Origin: a bacterium
Lineage (GTDB): Bacteria > Zixibacteria > MSB-5A5 > GN15 > FEB-12
Direction of reading: 5' to 3'
Length of the DNA: 23,954 nt
NCBI GenBank assembly: GCA_043811375.1
Contig: JBDRNJ010000070.1
Location: forward strand, 1 to 23,954
Positions 23,864 through 23,954 of the stretch are shown here, one piece after another (the stretch's first letter is position 1; each line of letters opens with the position of its first letter). Both the position numbers and the translations under genes were made by a program. The notes under the pieces were generated by a model. That model did not search any database. It was not told where the DNA came from and worked only from the letters and a program-made list of their open reading frames with translations.

Positions 23864-23913
23864 ACGGGTTTGACTTTGAGTCTTTCGAACCAAATGAAAG
23901 GAGTCAAACCCGT
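23864..23913. repeat. Inverted repeat/hairpin upstream of the yceI-like gene
   Basis: ACGGGTTTGACT(23864-23875)/AGTCAAACCCGT(23902-23913), with inner CTTTC/GAAAG. Confidence 0.6.
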
Positions 23914-23954
23914 GGTAAACTTGTGGTTTACAGACAAAGATTTACGTTATCGCT

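Overview
The left ~13 kb is a composite genomic island. The right ~10.7 kb is mostly ordinary bacterial chromosome. The island holds two back-to-back, mirror-image integrative elements built from unrelated parts. Each reads outward from a divergent gap at ~6.6 kb in this order: large protein with a predicted C-terminal winged-helix domain, tandem direct-repeat array, small ORF(s), replication gene(s) carrying internal repeats, large serine recombinase (LSR). Each LSR's C-terminus and stop codon are encoded by the antisense strand of a tRNA gene. The left element (zf-CHC2 + DUF3631-like, DUF5659) ends in a tRNA-His(GTG) whose acceptor stem is destroyed. The right element (AEP primase-polymerase, RHH protein, structured leader) ends in an intact tRNA-Leu(TAA). 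Further left are the probable end of an IS3/IS481-type element and an orphan DUF1778-like RHH gene. Right of tRNA-Leu are a GmrSD-like DUF262-DUF1524 defence gene, a conserved hypothetical protein, a DUF6144-like Cys-rich protein, a multi-PAS/GAF hybrid histidine kinase, lexA with a candidate SOS box in its promoter, and a YceI-family gene. All family calls come from motif recognition by eye; no searches were run.
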